Shown here in pieces: positions 28,958-38,801 of a stretch of 51,075 nt of DNA. The position numbers and the translations under genes were made by a program. Each line of letters opens with the position of its first letter. Positions within the stretch are counted from its first letter, which is position 1. This stretch comes from a virus (taxonomy: Duplodnaviria > Caudoviricetes): positions 1 to 51,075 of IMG/VR virus record IMGVR_UViG_3300010401_000013; one strand, written 5' to 3'. The notes under the pieces are model-generated. The model ran no database searches, was not told the DNA's origin, and saw only the letters and a program-made list of their open reading frames with translations.

Positions 28958-28974
28958 GTGGCATGATAAGTGCT
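28958..28974 (+). promoter_or_regulatory. sigma54 promoter
   Basis: GTGGCATGATAAGTGCT, intergenic, upstream of the 29066 gene run. Confidence 0.75.
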
Positions 28975-29065
28975 AAATGCGAGGACAGTTAGTAGTTATC
29001 AGATCACCTATGAATAAGCATCAAAGGGAAATTAATAAGCTGTTCAGACAAAGAAGCGTGACAAT

Positions 29066-29338
29066 ATGAGAACAATCTACAAATATCCAATAGCTAGCAG
29101 GGACCAACAAACCATCCAGATGGGCCACAATGCAAAGCCAATTGCTGTGCAGTTTCAGCATGGAGTATTGTGTATTTGGGCAGAGGTGGAGAATCATCCA
29201 TTGTATGCAAAACTTCCAACAAAAGTGACGGTGTCCATCTACGGCACTGGACACCCACTACCAGACGAAAGCTTGGAAGAGCGGTATCTTGGAACGGTGC
29301 AACAGGATGGTCTAGTTTGGCATGTTTATACGTTATGA
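29066..29338 (+). CDS. Conserved phage hypothetical protein
   Basis: IYKYP...CIWAEV...YGTGH...YLGTVQ...VWHVY pattern recognised from phage proteins. Confidence 0.65.
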   Translation: MRTIYKYPIASRDQQTIQMGHNAKPIAVQFQHGVLCIWAEVENHPLYAKLPTKVTVSIYGTGHPLPDESLEERYLGTVQQDGLVWHVYTL

Positions 29339-29516
29339 ATGAAAATAATCTACCAGTGGTTGAATTCACAATGTGGAAATCAACAGGAGGCTACAACATC
29401 AAATGTGTTTGCCACTCACGAGGATACTTGAAGATATGGAACTACATTCCAGCCTTGAAGCTGGCATCAGCAATAATCGAGAAAGTCTATAAAGCTATTG
29501 AAAACTCCACAGATTT

Positions 29517-29795
29517 ATGAACCCACCAATTAACCTACCACTCACTATCCACGTCACGCAAGAGGACATAGACGAGGGAGTCCAAGAAGATTGCGAGAGA
29601 TGTCCAGTGGCAAGGGCAGTAGAACGAGCAACGGGCATTTCAACAGTTGTGCAATTTGAGAGAATCTCTGTTAACTGCCAAAACAAAGTAGTATTCGTAA
29701 CACCAACATACGTCAGAATATTCATCAAGGCATTTGACGAAACAAGACTCGTAACACCATTCAGCTTCACCCTAACCGAGAATGACCGCGTATGA
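29517..29795 (+). CDS. Hypothetical protein (paralogue of 33586..33864)
   Basis: VTQEDIDEG...CPVARAV. Confidence 0.6.
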   Translation: MNPPINLPLTIHVTQEDIDEGVQEDCERCPVARAVERATGISTVVQFERISVNCQNKVVFVTPTYVRIFIKAFDETRLVTPFSFTLTENDRV

Positions 29796-30046
29796 CAACC
29801 ACCACGTTAATCACCATTCTCAAGCAACTTCCCGAACAGGAAGTGACAACAGGATTGTTAGCGGCATATGGAGTGCTGAACAATCCACAGGAGGAGTTGG
29901 ATGCTGAGTTTAAAAAACTTGAAGGAATGCTCTCGGGTGACGACAGGCTAATGCCTGGTAGAGAATCAGACTTTGTAAAGTCTCTTTCGAAGGTTAAGCA
30001 TCTTCGGAAGTTCATTGAGAATATTAAATACAAAGCGACAACATGA
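29792..30046 (+). CDS. Hypothetical protein
   Basis: ATGA overlap with the upstream ORF. Confidence 0.55.
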   Translation: MTTTTLITILKQLPEQEVTTGLLAAYGVLNNPQEELDAEFKKLEGMLSGDDRLMPGRESDFVKSLSKVKHLRKFIENIKYKATT

Positions 30047-30254
30047 AAAACTGCCATATCCGAATCACGTTATCCAGCACCTACACAATCGCAACAATTC
30101 AATGGGTAGACTCAACCACAGGAAAAGTCAAAGGAACCTTTGGACGAGAAGAAATCTGTAAGTTAATCTACATCCTGGGAAGGAGACTAAGTGGACACAA
30201 AAGTAAGCCAACAATCTAAGGCATAACAACCAGATAAAGATTCTTAACAACCAA

Positions 30255-30271
30255 CTGGCATGCAACCTGCT
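30255..30271 (+). promoter_or_regulatory. sigma54 promoter
   Basis: CTGGCATGCAACCTGCT in the 30220-30294 intergenic gap. Confidence 0.8.
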
Positions 30272-30294
30272 GTTAGACGCATGTCCTCAATCTC

Positions 30295-30804
30295 ATGAAA
30301 GACAAACAAACTATAGACGCAACAGGTGTCAAGATGCACAAGGTGGAGTTGACAGATAGGGAAGTCACATTCTTAAAAGACGCAATACATATTGTGATGG
30401 AGACAGAAACAGGAACATTTCTGTGTGGTCTAGAGGAATGTGTGAACATCCTAAAGAAGCTTGAAGACAGTATCAAACAAAAATCTCCATCCAAACCTCT
30501 CCGTTGGTTTCTCTACAACCAAAATAATTCAGGTAGAGAATTCGTCAAAGACGATAAAGTCGATGAATATGTCTTCATTGAGGCACACGGCGCAACGGAG
30601 GCAAATGCTCTCGCAGAGAAGCTCGGAATCTATTTTGATGGCTGCCAGAAAAAAATAGACTGTTTTTGTTGTGGAGATAGGTGGACAGAATGTTGGGTAG
30701 ATGAACATGGAACAGAGACAGTGGAACTCTACGGCAAGCCACTAGACGCCAATAGAGCAGGACGCAGCAAAATCTGGAATTACGAGACGTTGAGGAAACT
30801 CTAA
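30295..30804 (+). CDS. Conserved phage hypothetical protein
   Basis: YNQNNSG...FIEA...GIYFDGC...DCFCCGDRW motif. Confidence 0.65.
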   Translation: MKDKQTIDATGVKMHKVELTDREVTFLKDAIHIVMETETGTFLCGLEECVNILKKLEDSIKQKSPSKPLRWFLYNQNNSGREFVKDDKVDEYVFIEAHGATEANALAEKLGIYFDGCQKKIDCFCCGDRWTECWVDEHGTETVELYGKPLDANRAGRSKIWNYETLRKL

Positions 30805-30810
30805 GACAAC

Positions 30811-31098
30811 ATGAAGACAGTTATCTTATCTGTCAAAGACGTTCAACGCCTACGAACACTTCTAGGAAAGAGTGAAAAGATTAAGAAATTCAACAGTCAT
30901 AAATGCTTCCCACTGTGCGAAAATTGTCTGCCAATAAACACACTATTGAGTAGCCTGTGGAATGCTTGGTATGACAACCGAGAAACAGGAAAGAAACCAA
31001 CAATAGAGCTATCAGATAGCATGTTAAAGATTTGTATCGCCGCACTTCCAGAGAAGTCGAAAGATCAGATAGTGAGGGCATTAAGGAAGAAACTCTAA
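30811..31098 (+). CDS. Hypothetical protein
   Basis: 95 aa; Cys cluster CFPLCENC. Confidence 0.5.
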   Translation: MKTVILSVKDVQRLRTLLGKSEKIKKFNSHKCFPLCENCLPINTLLSSLWNAWYDNRETGKKPTIELSDSMLKICIAALPEKSKDQIVRALRKKL

Positions 31099-31119
31099 TT
31101 TTAATCAACCAGCGCTCTA

Positions 31120-31136
31120 CTGGCGATTAATTAGCA
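31120..31136 (+). promoter_or_regulatory. Weaker sigma54-like promoter
   Basis: CTGGCGATTAATTAGCA (GG-N10-GC), intergenic, upstream of 31185. Confidence 0.45.
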
Positions 31137-31184
31137 ACGGCTAGAGCACAACAAGAACCAAACAAACAAGCAGAAAGAAACAAT

Positions 31185-31829
31185 ATGTCAGATGGAACTC
31201 CAGTTAGTGGAACACCCGTAGCGACCGCAGAGGGAGAAAAGACAGTCAAAGAAATCAAGCCCCTTTATGTCGAGGGCACAAACGAGGATATCCGCAAGGT
31301 AATCCCGATGCTTGATCCAGTCTCCCGTAATGGCGTATCCTGCGCCATCAACGCGGGACAAACGAAACACGGGCAAAAGCAAGGTCGGTATTACATGAAG
31401 CTCAAGGTTGAGGACTTGTCGTATCCTGACCTTTTGCAGTTTGTGGGTGAATCGGAAGTCAAGGGCATTCTGGTGAAGGAACTTGCCCTGCTCTGTCGTC
31501 AGTGGACCGATCAAGCATCGTCCATGAATGCTGAGGGTAAGGTTTCTCTCGAAGTCTGGAAGACCTGCGCTCAGAATCTCCTCGTTGTTCGTGTCAGCTT
31601 GGAGTCTCTCCAGGAGCAACTGGACACTGCATTCGAGGAGTTCACAGCGTTGTTTGGTCCAGATGGCGAATTGCTGCCTGACTCGCCTGACACCAAGCCC
31701 CAAGATACCAACAAGGCGAAGTTCATGCAGTATCTTGGACGCACTCGGGAGTTGCAGAAGCAGATCAGCAAAATTGAGGCAGACAGGGCGGCCAAGAAGC
31801 AGGGTGGCAGTGGTAATGGGTTGGATTGA
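31185..31829 (+). CDS. Hypothetical protein
   Basis: 214 aa; long A-rich leader; downstream hairpin 31840-31892. Confidence 0.7.
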   Translation: MSDGTPVSGTPVATAEGEKTVKEIKPLYVEGTNEDIRKVIPMLDPVSRNGVSCAINAGQTKHGQKQGRYYMKLKVEDLSYPDLLQFVGESEVKGILVKELALLCRQWTDQASSMNAEGKVSLEVWKTCAQNLLVVRVSLESLQEQLDTAFEEFTALFGPDGELLPDSPDTKPQDTNKAKFMQYLGRTRELQKQISKIEADRAAKKQGGSGNGLD

Positions 31830-31919
31830 GTAGTGTCTAGTTAACAGACAGGCATGGTCAAGAGTCACTAATGACCATGCAAGTCTGTCAACAGCAGAAC
31901 AGTCGGAATACTTCACAAT

Positions 31920-32192
31920 ATGAAACCTTCTGAATTACTTGACTCACCTGAGAAGTGGACAACTGGAGAATTAGCTAGGGACAAGGACGGAAATAAATGT
32001 GATCCACTAAGTCCAGAAGCAGTTTGTTGGTGTATTGAAGGCGCATACAGGAGGGTGTATGGTTACGATATGGAGGCGATAATTGGAGTGTTCTTGATAC
32101 GACAACTAGGACTAACGGAGACTGCATTCAGGTTCAACGACTCTCACACCTTCGAGGAAGTCCGGCAGGTTCTAATAAACGCTGACCTATAA
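31920..32192 (+). CDS. Conserved phage hypothetical protein (DUF6197-like)
   Basis: PEKWTTGELARD...VCWCIEGA...FND...FEEV. Confidence 0.55.
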   Translation: MKPSELLDSPEKWTTGELARDKDGNKCDPLSPEAVCWCIEGAYRRVYGYDMEAIIGVFLIRQLGLTETAFRFNDSHTFEEVRQVLINADL

Positions 32193-32279
32193 TTTCCCAA
32201 CCATAGGTAATGCTACGACACACCATGATCCAGCATGCATGTCCGGAATATGAGCATAACCGGCTATGGTTGGAGTTAG

Positions 32280-32375
32280 GCGCACATAGTTCAACGGCAG
32301 AACGTAGAAGTCCGAGACACGAAAGTGGAGTAGGCATCCAAATGCTGAATGTCGGTTCGATTCCGACTGTGCGCG
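32280..32375 (+). tRNA. tRNA-like RNA with aberrant anticodon region
   Basis: Acceptor GCGCACA/TGTGCGC, D-arm GTTC-AACGGCA-GAAC, T-arm GTCGG-TTCGATT-CCGAC; 46-nt middle lacks a canonical anticodon arm; no encoded CCA. Confidence 0.6.
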
Positions 32376-32464
32376 GTGATTTACCCAACATCAATGAAAC
32401 CAACAACCCACGTTGTGGACTTGCTGAGTGCAACTTGTTGGTGTTGGGTTCTTCTTAAAATATT

Positions 32465-32707
32465 ATGAAATATCTTGCAATAATCAACAGTGACTATCCG
32501 GGAGTAAAGATAGAAGATAGCAATGAGAACACTCATACGGCAGTGGTAGTAAACTCAGATGCTATTGACAGTGTCGGCATGTTTGAGGATGGAGAGGTTT
32601 ACATTCAAACAAATGAAGAAGTCTACTACTTCACAAGTAACGTCCCACAACAAACCCAGCAGGTATTTGCTTGGATACTCAAGCAACTAGGCGAAGCCAA
32701 GTATTAA
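32465..32707 (+). CDS. Hypothetical protein
   Basis: 80 aa ORF on the operon strand. Confidence 0.55.
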   Translation: MKYLAIINSDYPGVKIEDSNENTHTAVVVNSDAIDSVGMFEDGEVYIQTNEEVYYFTSNVPQQTQQVFAWILKQLGEAKY

Positions 32708-32708
32708 C

Positions 32709-32981
32709 ATGAGCATGAGCATGAGCATGAGCAACGATACACCTGAGGGCACACCTGAGGGCACAAACCACTGGCCAGGACTTGCAACCAAGCGTTGCGT
32801 GTGTGGATATCCAGCAGAGGTAGATTCCACACACGCAACGCAAGACAATGGGATGCGAGTAAAACTGTTCTACTTCAAATGCTGCCACTTTGAACACAAA
32901 GGTCCATTAGCATTCAGTGAACAGAAAGCAAGAGAATTGTGGAACCAGAAATACGCAAAAAATTCTAACTACAAAGACTAA
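32709..32981 (+). CDS. Small Zn-finger (Lar-like) protein with repeat-derived N-terminus
   Basis: CVCG...KCC...ARELWN; (CATGAG)4 and (ACACCTGAGGGC)2 at the 5' end. Confidence 0.55.
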   Translation: MSMSMSMSNDTPEGTPEGTNHWPGLATKRCVCGYPAEVDSTHATQDNGMRVKLFYFKCCHFEHKGPLAFSEQKARELWNQKYAKNSNYKD

Positions 32982-33307
32982 TGACCTCCCGACAGCTATC
33001 CATAGCCCTCGCCACAGGCTTCACCATTATCAACACTTCCCTTTGGCTAGACTATCGTGGAGTTGGGCAACGACTGCCGAAAACTTTACCAGGTGAGGCG
33101 TTGAAGACAAATTATTCTTTCAACATCAACATTGGTGAAGGAATGTCAAACACTGAGGAAGTCATCCTGCACGACGTGCCAACCTTGGATTTCGGTAGTG
33201 GCGTTCGCTTGCCACTGCTACCAACGTCCTCACAGCATGACCTGACAAACACTTTGAGGCAATTTACAACGCACGCAGATTTCAGATACATAAAGACGAA
33301 TCGTTAA
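32981..33307 (+). CDS. Hypothetical protein
   Basis: TAATG coupling with the upstream ORF. Confidence 0.5.
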   Translation: MTSRQLSIALATGFTIINTSLWLDYRGVGQRLPKTLPGEALKTNYSFNINIGEGMSNTEEVILHDVPTLDFGSGVRLPLLPTSSQHDLTNTLRQFTTHADFRYIKTNR

Positions 33308-33312
33308 CAACT

Positions 33313-33561
33313 ATGAAAACAGAACTAATCGCAGTTAAAGAGGTAGTGAGGAACCAAAAGAAGGAAGGTCTTTACGAGACAAGACAAGGAACGGCAGTGG
33401 TCCTGGTGGCAACGTCAGGACTGAAGGCTATGGTTGTCCATTATGGCTGTCATTACGAACTGGAAATGAACTGTGGAGATATGGTTTCAGCCGCAAGCAA
33501 CTTTGAACAATACTGGAAACGCCTACCAGCAGGAAGTCAAGTGCTGTTGACACAGGAATAA
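33313..33561 (+). CDS. Hypothetical protein
   Basis: 82 aa ORF in tiling. Confidence 0.55.
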   Translation: MKTELIAVKEVVRNQKKEGLYETRQGTAVVLVATSGLKAMVVHYGCHYELEMNCGDMVSAASNFEQYWKRLPAGSQVLLTQE

Positions 33562-33585
33562 CACAACTACCAATACCAAAACACT

Positions 33586-33864
33586 ATGAAACCAACTGGA
33601 ATAATCAAAACACGAGTCACCAAGAAGGATGTGGAGGAAGCTGAGAAGCATCGAGGAGAATCTTGCATTACACTTAGCTGTCCAATTGCAAGAAGTCTAC
33701 GAAAGAAATGGGACACAGTATCGGTTGGGTATAAATCAGCAAAGGTCAATGGCCACTCTTACTGGCTTGATAAACTGGGAGAAACCATCTCAAGCCAGTT
33801 CTCTTTTGAAAAGAAGACTTCTACTGGATGGGTAACACTAACACCATTCTCCACGAATGTCTAA
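33586..33864 (+). CDS. Hypothetical protein (paralogue of 29517..29795)
   Basis: VTKKDVEEA...CPIARSL. Confidence 0.6.
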   Translation: MKPTGIIKTRVTKKDVEEAEKHRGESCITLSCPIARSLRKKWDTVSVGYKSAKVNGHSYWLDKLGETISSQFSFEKKTSTGWVTLTPFSTNV

Positions 33865-34453
33865 CCAACCACCATCCAAGCCATACGAGGCATTTCCTGA
33901 GGACATTCCTGTCACCATAGAACGAGCAGGAATCGGAACGGCAACCGACATCAAGACACAAGGATTGCCTTTGTGTGTGGTTTTAAGGATGCTGATGAAC
34001 AAGTCGGGGCATTTCATTTGGTCAGCGGTCTATGATGCCCACGACTTTGTGAAGGTGGACGTGAAACTGGCGAAAGAATTGGAACGACTAGACCCAGATG
34101 AAACCTTGCTGCACGTCCAGTGGGAAGACTTTGAGGGGAAACCAATCCTGTTTCACGATAAGTGGAGTGACCGAGTGATCCCGAATGTTGCCTGCGTCTG
34201 GCACATTCATGCTTGGCGAACATCAGTTGCACGGTGGCTATGGCAACAACATGCGTCCGAAGCACAACGACAGGCAAGGTTTCAGGAAGTGGAGGCGTAT
34301 AATACGTTCGTATCGTTAATCGAGAAACAAGATGGGATTTCCACCAAACAAGCAGAGGAAATGGCAAGGTTCATCATCAAAGGAAAATACAAACCTATGG
34401 CACGAGTTTATGGTTGGGATTTAGAAGCGAGGAAGGAGATTGAGAGGGTATGA
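33857..34453 (+). CDS. Hypothetical protein
   Basis: 198 aa ORF in tiling. Confidence 0.65.
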   Translation: MSNQPPSKPYEAFPEDIPVTIERAGIGTATDIKTQGLPLCVVLRMLMNKSGHFIWSAVYDAHDFVKVDVKLAKELERLDPDETLLHVQWEDFEGKPILFHDKWSDRVIPNVACVWHIHAWRTSVARWLWQQHASEAQRQARFQEVEAYNTFVSLIEKQDGISTKQAEEMARFIIKGKYKPMARVYGWDLEARKEIERV

Positions 34454-34937
34454 ACAAAAGAAAATTGTGGTTAATAATTACCTGGTGGGTTCTGCTAGGA
34501 CTATTACATGTAGGATTGCTAGTCACATCCGGATTCTTTATTGTCAAGTTTCTACTACTGGCAATTAAGTTTATGGAAAAGTCAATCCAATGAACAACCT
34601 GCCGCCTGAAGGCATTCCGCCCAAATACGAAGAACAAGATAACCTTTGGTATATGGCGATTTGGTTGATTGCGTCAGTGGTTATCGCAAGCGTGTTGTTA
34701 GTTTTGTTTTTCTCGTTATGAAACGTATAGCAATCGACACATTCATACTATTCTGCTTGTCACTAGCAATGGCGTGTTTAATTATCTTTATACTCCACCT
34801 TGCTGGATGTCAATAGTATGAAAGAACTAGATTTTCTGCGTGCAATCCGAAGTGAACTGCAAGACATCAAGTTGCTGTTAATCATTATAGCTGGCTTTCA
34901 GTTCTTCACTGTAGTAGCAGTCCTCTTCTACAAATGA
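34450..34937 (+). CDS. Four coupled hydrophobic micropeptide ORFs (34450-34593, 34590-34721, 34718-34816, 34818-34937)
   Basis: Manual translation; ATGA overlaps; each has a long hydrophobic stretch. Confidence 0.6.
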
Positions 34938-35464
34938 AACTCTTCTTCTTGTCACTCAACCCACAACAAGCAGCGGAAATGCTGGACGACAGGAACCTGG
35001 AAACTTGTTGTGCGGAACAGTGGAAGTGGTTGCCGGATGTAGAACTGGAAGTTAACAGACCTAGAACCAAGTCTGAGGATTGGGTAAGGGTAACCTTAGA
35101 AAATCGTGTAACACTAGGCATCTTCTCCTCATATTGCCACCTAGAATTTAAATACCGCAACAACACGTGGCACCATCAAGAACCAAAATTTAACTGGTAT
35201 TTTAGCCTACTGTGTAAGAAAGCAGACCACGAGCATTTGCCTGTCGTTATGCGTGTAGTGGTTCCTCAAGTGGAACAAGATGTCAGGAAAGCCTTTCGAG
35301 GCCAAGACATCGCCAAAGCCTACCAGCAACATTATCTGCATTCGGCAGAGAGTTGGAATGCTGTGTGGACCAAGCGTGAGGTTCCAGAATTTTACAGACA
35401 GCATCTAGCCGAGACTCAAATGATAAGAATGAAGAATCAACGAATGACTTTCGCGATAAACTAA
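34934..35464 (+). CDS. Pyrimidine-dimer DNA glycosylase (DenV)-like protein, divergent
   Basis: N-terminus MKLFFLSLNPQQAAEMLDD and C-terminal AYQQHY...WTKREVPEF resemble the family; catalytic residues not confirmed. Confidence 0.5.
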   Translation: MKLFFLSLNPQQAAEMLDDRNLETCCAEQWKWLPDVELEVNRPRTKSEDWVRVTLENRVTLGIFSSYCHLEFKYRNNTWHHQEPKFNWYFSLLCKKADHEHLPVVMRVVVPQVEQDVRKAFRGQDIAKAYQQHYLHSAESWNAVWTKREVPEFYRQHLAETQMIRMKNQRMTFAIN

Positions 35465-35469
35465 TAAAT

Positions 35470-37362
35470 ATGGACCTCCCCAAAAACTTTGACTTGTCCT
35501 TGCTGCCACCTGAGAACCCTGCGTTGCAATCTAATCGCCTAGAACGATTTCAGTATAACGCATCAAACAAGCTTTGTTATGCCTTCCTCGTCGCCGGTAA
35601 GTCTGCCATCCAGCTAATTGGTGGAACCGGCGTAGGAAAAACATGGATAGGTGGCAACTTCCTGGCACGCCTGAAAGCAGCAGGCAAGGATCGTGCACCA
35701 CACAATACATTCACACCTTATCCTTTTTGGTGGATAACCACAGCAAACTGTGTGGAACCGGTTCGTAGGGAACTCACCCAAGGGTTTGGCTTACAAGAAT
35801 TCGATGACTTTTGGGTAACCAACTACGATCAACTCCGGTCAAAAGAAGGTGAGAAGTTCTTCAGCGAGAAGACCGTAGTGCGAGATGGCGTAGAGGTTCT
35901 TGAAGTGGTTGTGCAGCATCGTCTCCTTCCCCGTGTAATCATCATCGACGAATCCCAGAAAGTCAAGAATCCAAAAACCAAGCAGCATCGATACATTCAG
36001 GCGATAATCAAACTTCCCAGGGAGATTCGCCCATGGATCATCTTCATGTCGGCAACACCCTGGACACGGGTGATTGACGCTAAGTGTTTCGTGACAGCAT
36101 CGGAGATTCCATTGCTTGGCTTCCCCGTAGATGATAGCCATTGGGATGAAGTCTCCGCAAATATCTCAACCGACGGTGACCCAATGCTGCATTCGCCGAA
36201 GGCAATCGGGACACTAAGGGATTTGAGTGAGGATTGGATCATTGACATCCCAACCATTACCGGTAAGTATCGTGCCTACAACTCCTGTAAGTTGATTGAC
36301 TTTAAGAATGTGGAAAGCCGGGCAAGGTATCTTGCAGCTTGGGAGAGGTTCGAGCAGAAGTGTGCAAAAATGGGGAGAGATACACCTAACGGCCACTTCG
36401 AGGAACTTGTGGCTTTGGGGCAATTCAGGCAAGCAGCGGAATTGGAACGTGCAGAAATCTTTGCGGATGAAGCTGTTAGCAGGTTGGCCAAAGACAACAA
36501 GTCCATCATCATTGCCGCCGCTTTTCGCGGAACCATTGCACGCTGTGTCCGTTATATGATTAAGAAGCATGGCGTCAAGCGTGAGGATATATCTCTTATC
36601 TGGGGAGGCGACGATTCCTTTGAGCAATCTGGTCGGTTAACGCAGAAGGAGATCATGGACTACGGGTTTCGGATTGCTAAGGGTGAGAAACTCCCCGAAG
36701 CTATCTGGCGAAAGCTGAATAAGGAATTGGCCACAGCAGATGAGGATGTCCAAGAGATTAAGGAACTGGCGGGTGTAAAGTTAGACTTAGGCAGCCAATC
36801 CCGAGAACAACGACAACGGGAAATTGACAGGTTCCAAACCTCTCGCACGAGGATTTGCCTCTTCACCCAAGCATCTGGTGGAACTGGGGTTTCCCTACAT
36901 CACACCAATCAGTGGTTTGAGGTATTCTACAAGAAGCATTTCACTTGCTTAAATCCTACCGAAGCACCAGAGCATCGGGAATATCGATCGAACGCTACAG
37001 GCAAGGTCTTTCGCTCTTATCCCAGGTATGTGATGGTGACGCCCACATATTCCGGACAAGACTTTGTCCAGACACTTGGACGAGGGCATCGGTCAATGTT
37101 TAGTTTGTCAGACACGTATCAAGATGTTTGCTGGTTCCGTAATACAAAGGAAGAGGATGTCATGGATATTGTCCAGACAAAATTGCATTGCCTATCGAAA
37201 GCCATCAAGCAACGAGAAACGTGGCATGACGTTCTGCGTAAGCCCAAGAAGGAACGGATGGTTGATCCTGCGGAAGCTGCCTTGAAAGCTGTGAATGAAG
37301 AATACATTGCAGCAGATGGAGATGTTAACGAAGGAGAGAGTGAACAGGAGGAGAATGAATGA
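35470..37362 (+). CDS. Superfamily 2 helicase
   Basis: [37 protein letters not shown]. Confidence 0.88.
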   Translation: MDLPKNFDLSLLPPENPALQSNRLERFQYNASNKLCYAFLVAGKSAIQLIGGTGVGKTWIGGNFLARLKAAGKDRAPHNTFTPYPFWWITTANCVEPVRRELTQGFGLQEFDDFWVTNYDQLRSKEGEKFFSEKTVVRDGVEVLEVVVQHRLLPRVIIIDESQKVKNPKTKQHRYIQAIIKLPREIRPWIIFMSATPWTRVIDAKCFVTASEIPLLGFPVDDSHWDEVSANISTDGDPMLHSPKAIGTLRDLSEDWIIDIPTITGKYRAYNSCKLIDFKNVESRARYLAAWERFEQKCAKMGRDTPNGHFEELVALGQFRQAAELERAEIFADEAVSRLAKDNKSIIIAAAFRGTIARCVRYMIKKHGVKREDISLIWGGDDSFEQSGRLTQKEIMDYGFRIAKGEKLPEAIWRKLNKELATADEDVQEIKELAGVKLDLGSQSREQRQREIDRFQTSRTRICLFTQASGGTGVSLHHTNQWFEVFYKKHFTCLNPTEAPEHREYRSNATGKVFRSYPRYVMVTPTYSGQDFVQTLGRGHRSMFSLSDTYQDVCWFRNTKEEDVMDIVQTKLHCLSKAIKQRETWHDVLRKPKKERMVDPAEAALKAVNEEYIAADGDVNEGESEQEENE

Positions 37363-38108
37363 ATGTAATTGACACCCCAATAGACCCACGAACCTATAAT
37401 CCCCAAGTCCACGAAGACTTTGCTCGTGGATACTTGAACAAATTAATTACCGCCGATCCTGAAATGCAGAAACAGAAACGGATTGCGGAGAAGCTGGCAG
37501 GCCTGTCCGATCCTGTCCTGATTCTTGGAGAGACAGGCACAGGAAAGGAACTCTTAGCGCGAGCAATGGGTGGAATCAGGCATCCATTTGTATCCGTGAA
37601 CTGTGCAGCAATCACCGAATCCTTGGCAGAGAGTGAACTCTTTGGACACAAGCGTGGATCGTTCACCGGGGCAATCGCGGATCATCAAGGGTATTTTGAA
37701 CAAGCAGCAGGAGGTTGCATATTCCTAGATGAAATCAATAGCTTGCCGTTGAACATGCAAGCGAAATTACTCCGTGTATTAGATGGTGGCGAATACCGTA
37801 AGGTGGGTGCTGAGAAGGTGGAGAAGATTAGTTGCCGAATAATTGCTGCCTCAAACTATGTTAGCCTAACTCATGCTGATTCTCAATTCAGAACTGATCT
37901 TTATTGGAGATTGGCCACATATTCAATCATAACGATTCCGCTATGGAGAAGGGAGCAGGATGCCGTTAACTATATGTCTTCACAAGGGATGTCTGGACTG
38001 GATTTGACAACAGCTTTAAGTGACACCAGAGTGTTTAAGTCAGGCAACTACCGTGAAATGTTCGCGTATGTGAAACGCTGGAAATTTGAAAGGAGTTTGA
38101 GTCTATGA
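37359..38108 (+). CDS. Stand-alone sigma54-dependent transcriptional activator (bEBP AAA+ domain)
   Basis: [68 protein letters not shown]; no receiver/sensor domain, no C-terminal HTH. Confidence 0.95.
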   Translation: MNVIDTPIDPRTYNPQVHEDFARGYLNKLITADPEMQKQKRIAEKLAGLSDPVLILGETGTGKELLARAMGGIRHPFVSVNCAAITESLAESELFGHKRGSFTGAIADHQGYFEQAAGGCIFLDEINSLPLNMQAKLLRVLDGGEYRKVGAEKVEKISCRIIAASNYVSLTHADSQFRTDLYWRLATYSIITIPLWRREQDAVNYMSSQGMSGLDLTTALSDTRVFKSGNYREMFAYVKRWKFERSLSL

Positions 38109-38458
38109 TCAGTCACCAGTTTGCAGAAGGGATAACCAAAAGTGGAAAATATCCAGAAACACAGGCATGGAAAATAGCAGAGGAATTGGACCTAATATTA
38201 GTCTGGAGTGAGTATCCTGGAGTTGTAAGATTCCATGGATTGGTAAATGACGACAAGCATTGTGTGGTTGGGGAAAGGATAATTAAATTCTACCTACCGG
38301 AAGCTGGGCAGACTTTAACCTATCTTCAAGAACGTAGAGTGGGTGGAACCTTTCTGACCGTTGCTGCCGACTGTTCTACAGGAAGATTCATAGTCGCTGA
38401 GTCTAAAGAATATCAGTCAATTGGAGTTGTTCTAAATAAAAGGAGTTTGAAGATATGA
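38105..38458 (+). CDS. Hypothetical protein
   Basis: ATGA-coupled to the activator gene. Confidence 0.55.
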   Translation: MISHQFAEGITKSGKYPETQAWKIAEELDLILVWSEYPGVVRFHGLVNDDKHCVVGERIIKFYLPEAGQTLTYLQERRVGGTFLTVAADCSTGRFIVAESKEYQSIGVVLNKRSLKI

Positions 38459-38801
38459 CAGAAGAACAGTATCAGGAGATTTTGAAGTTGAGAGATGCGG
38501 CAATAGAAGAAGCTGACGACATGGATTATTTCACTGGCCGAGCAGACGCCATCGAATCTGTGATGATAATTCTCGATAAACCGCTACCACCACGACGCGA
38601 CTAAATTTAAATATGACAAAAGAAGAATATGATGCAGAATTTCTAAGGCTGACGTCAGCACCAATTACCCATCCATTTTGGGAAACGTGCAGAGCAGAAG
38701 TTAACGACCTTAGAGAGAAGATTGGATACTCTCCAGAACTTGCGAGGTTTGAATATTTAGCCAAAGCAATTGGATACAGACTCGGATACGAAACCTAACC
38801 T

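Noticed and set aside
31188-31916. 242-aa antisense ORF
   Set aside because: Shadow of 31185..31829, against the local gene direction, with no motifs
32210-32458. 82-aa ORF over the tRNA-like element
   Set aside because: Region is better explained by RNA structure; no protein features
37221-37238. Further TGGCA sites as sigma54 promoters (also ~27224, ~34199, ~42044)
   Set aside because: GG-GC spacing is 9 or 11 nt instead of the required 10, and the sites are intragenic
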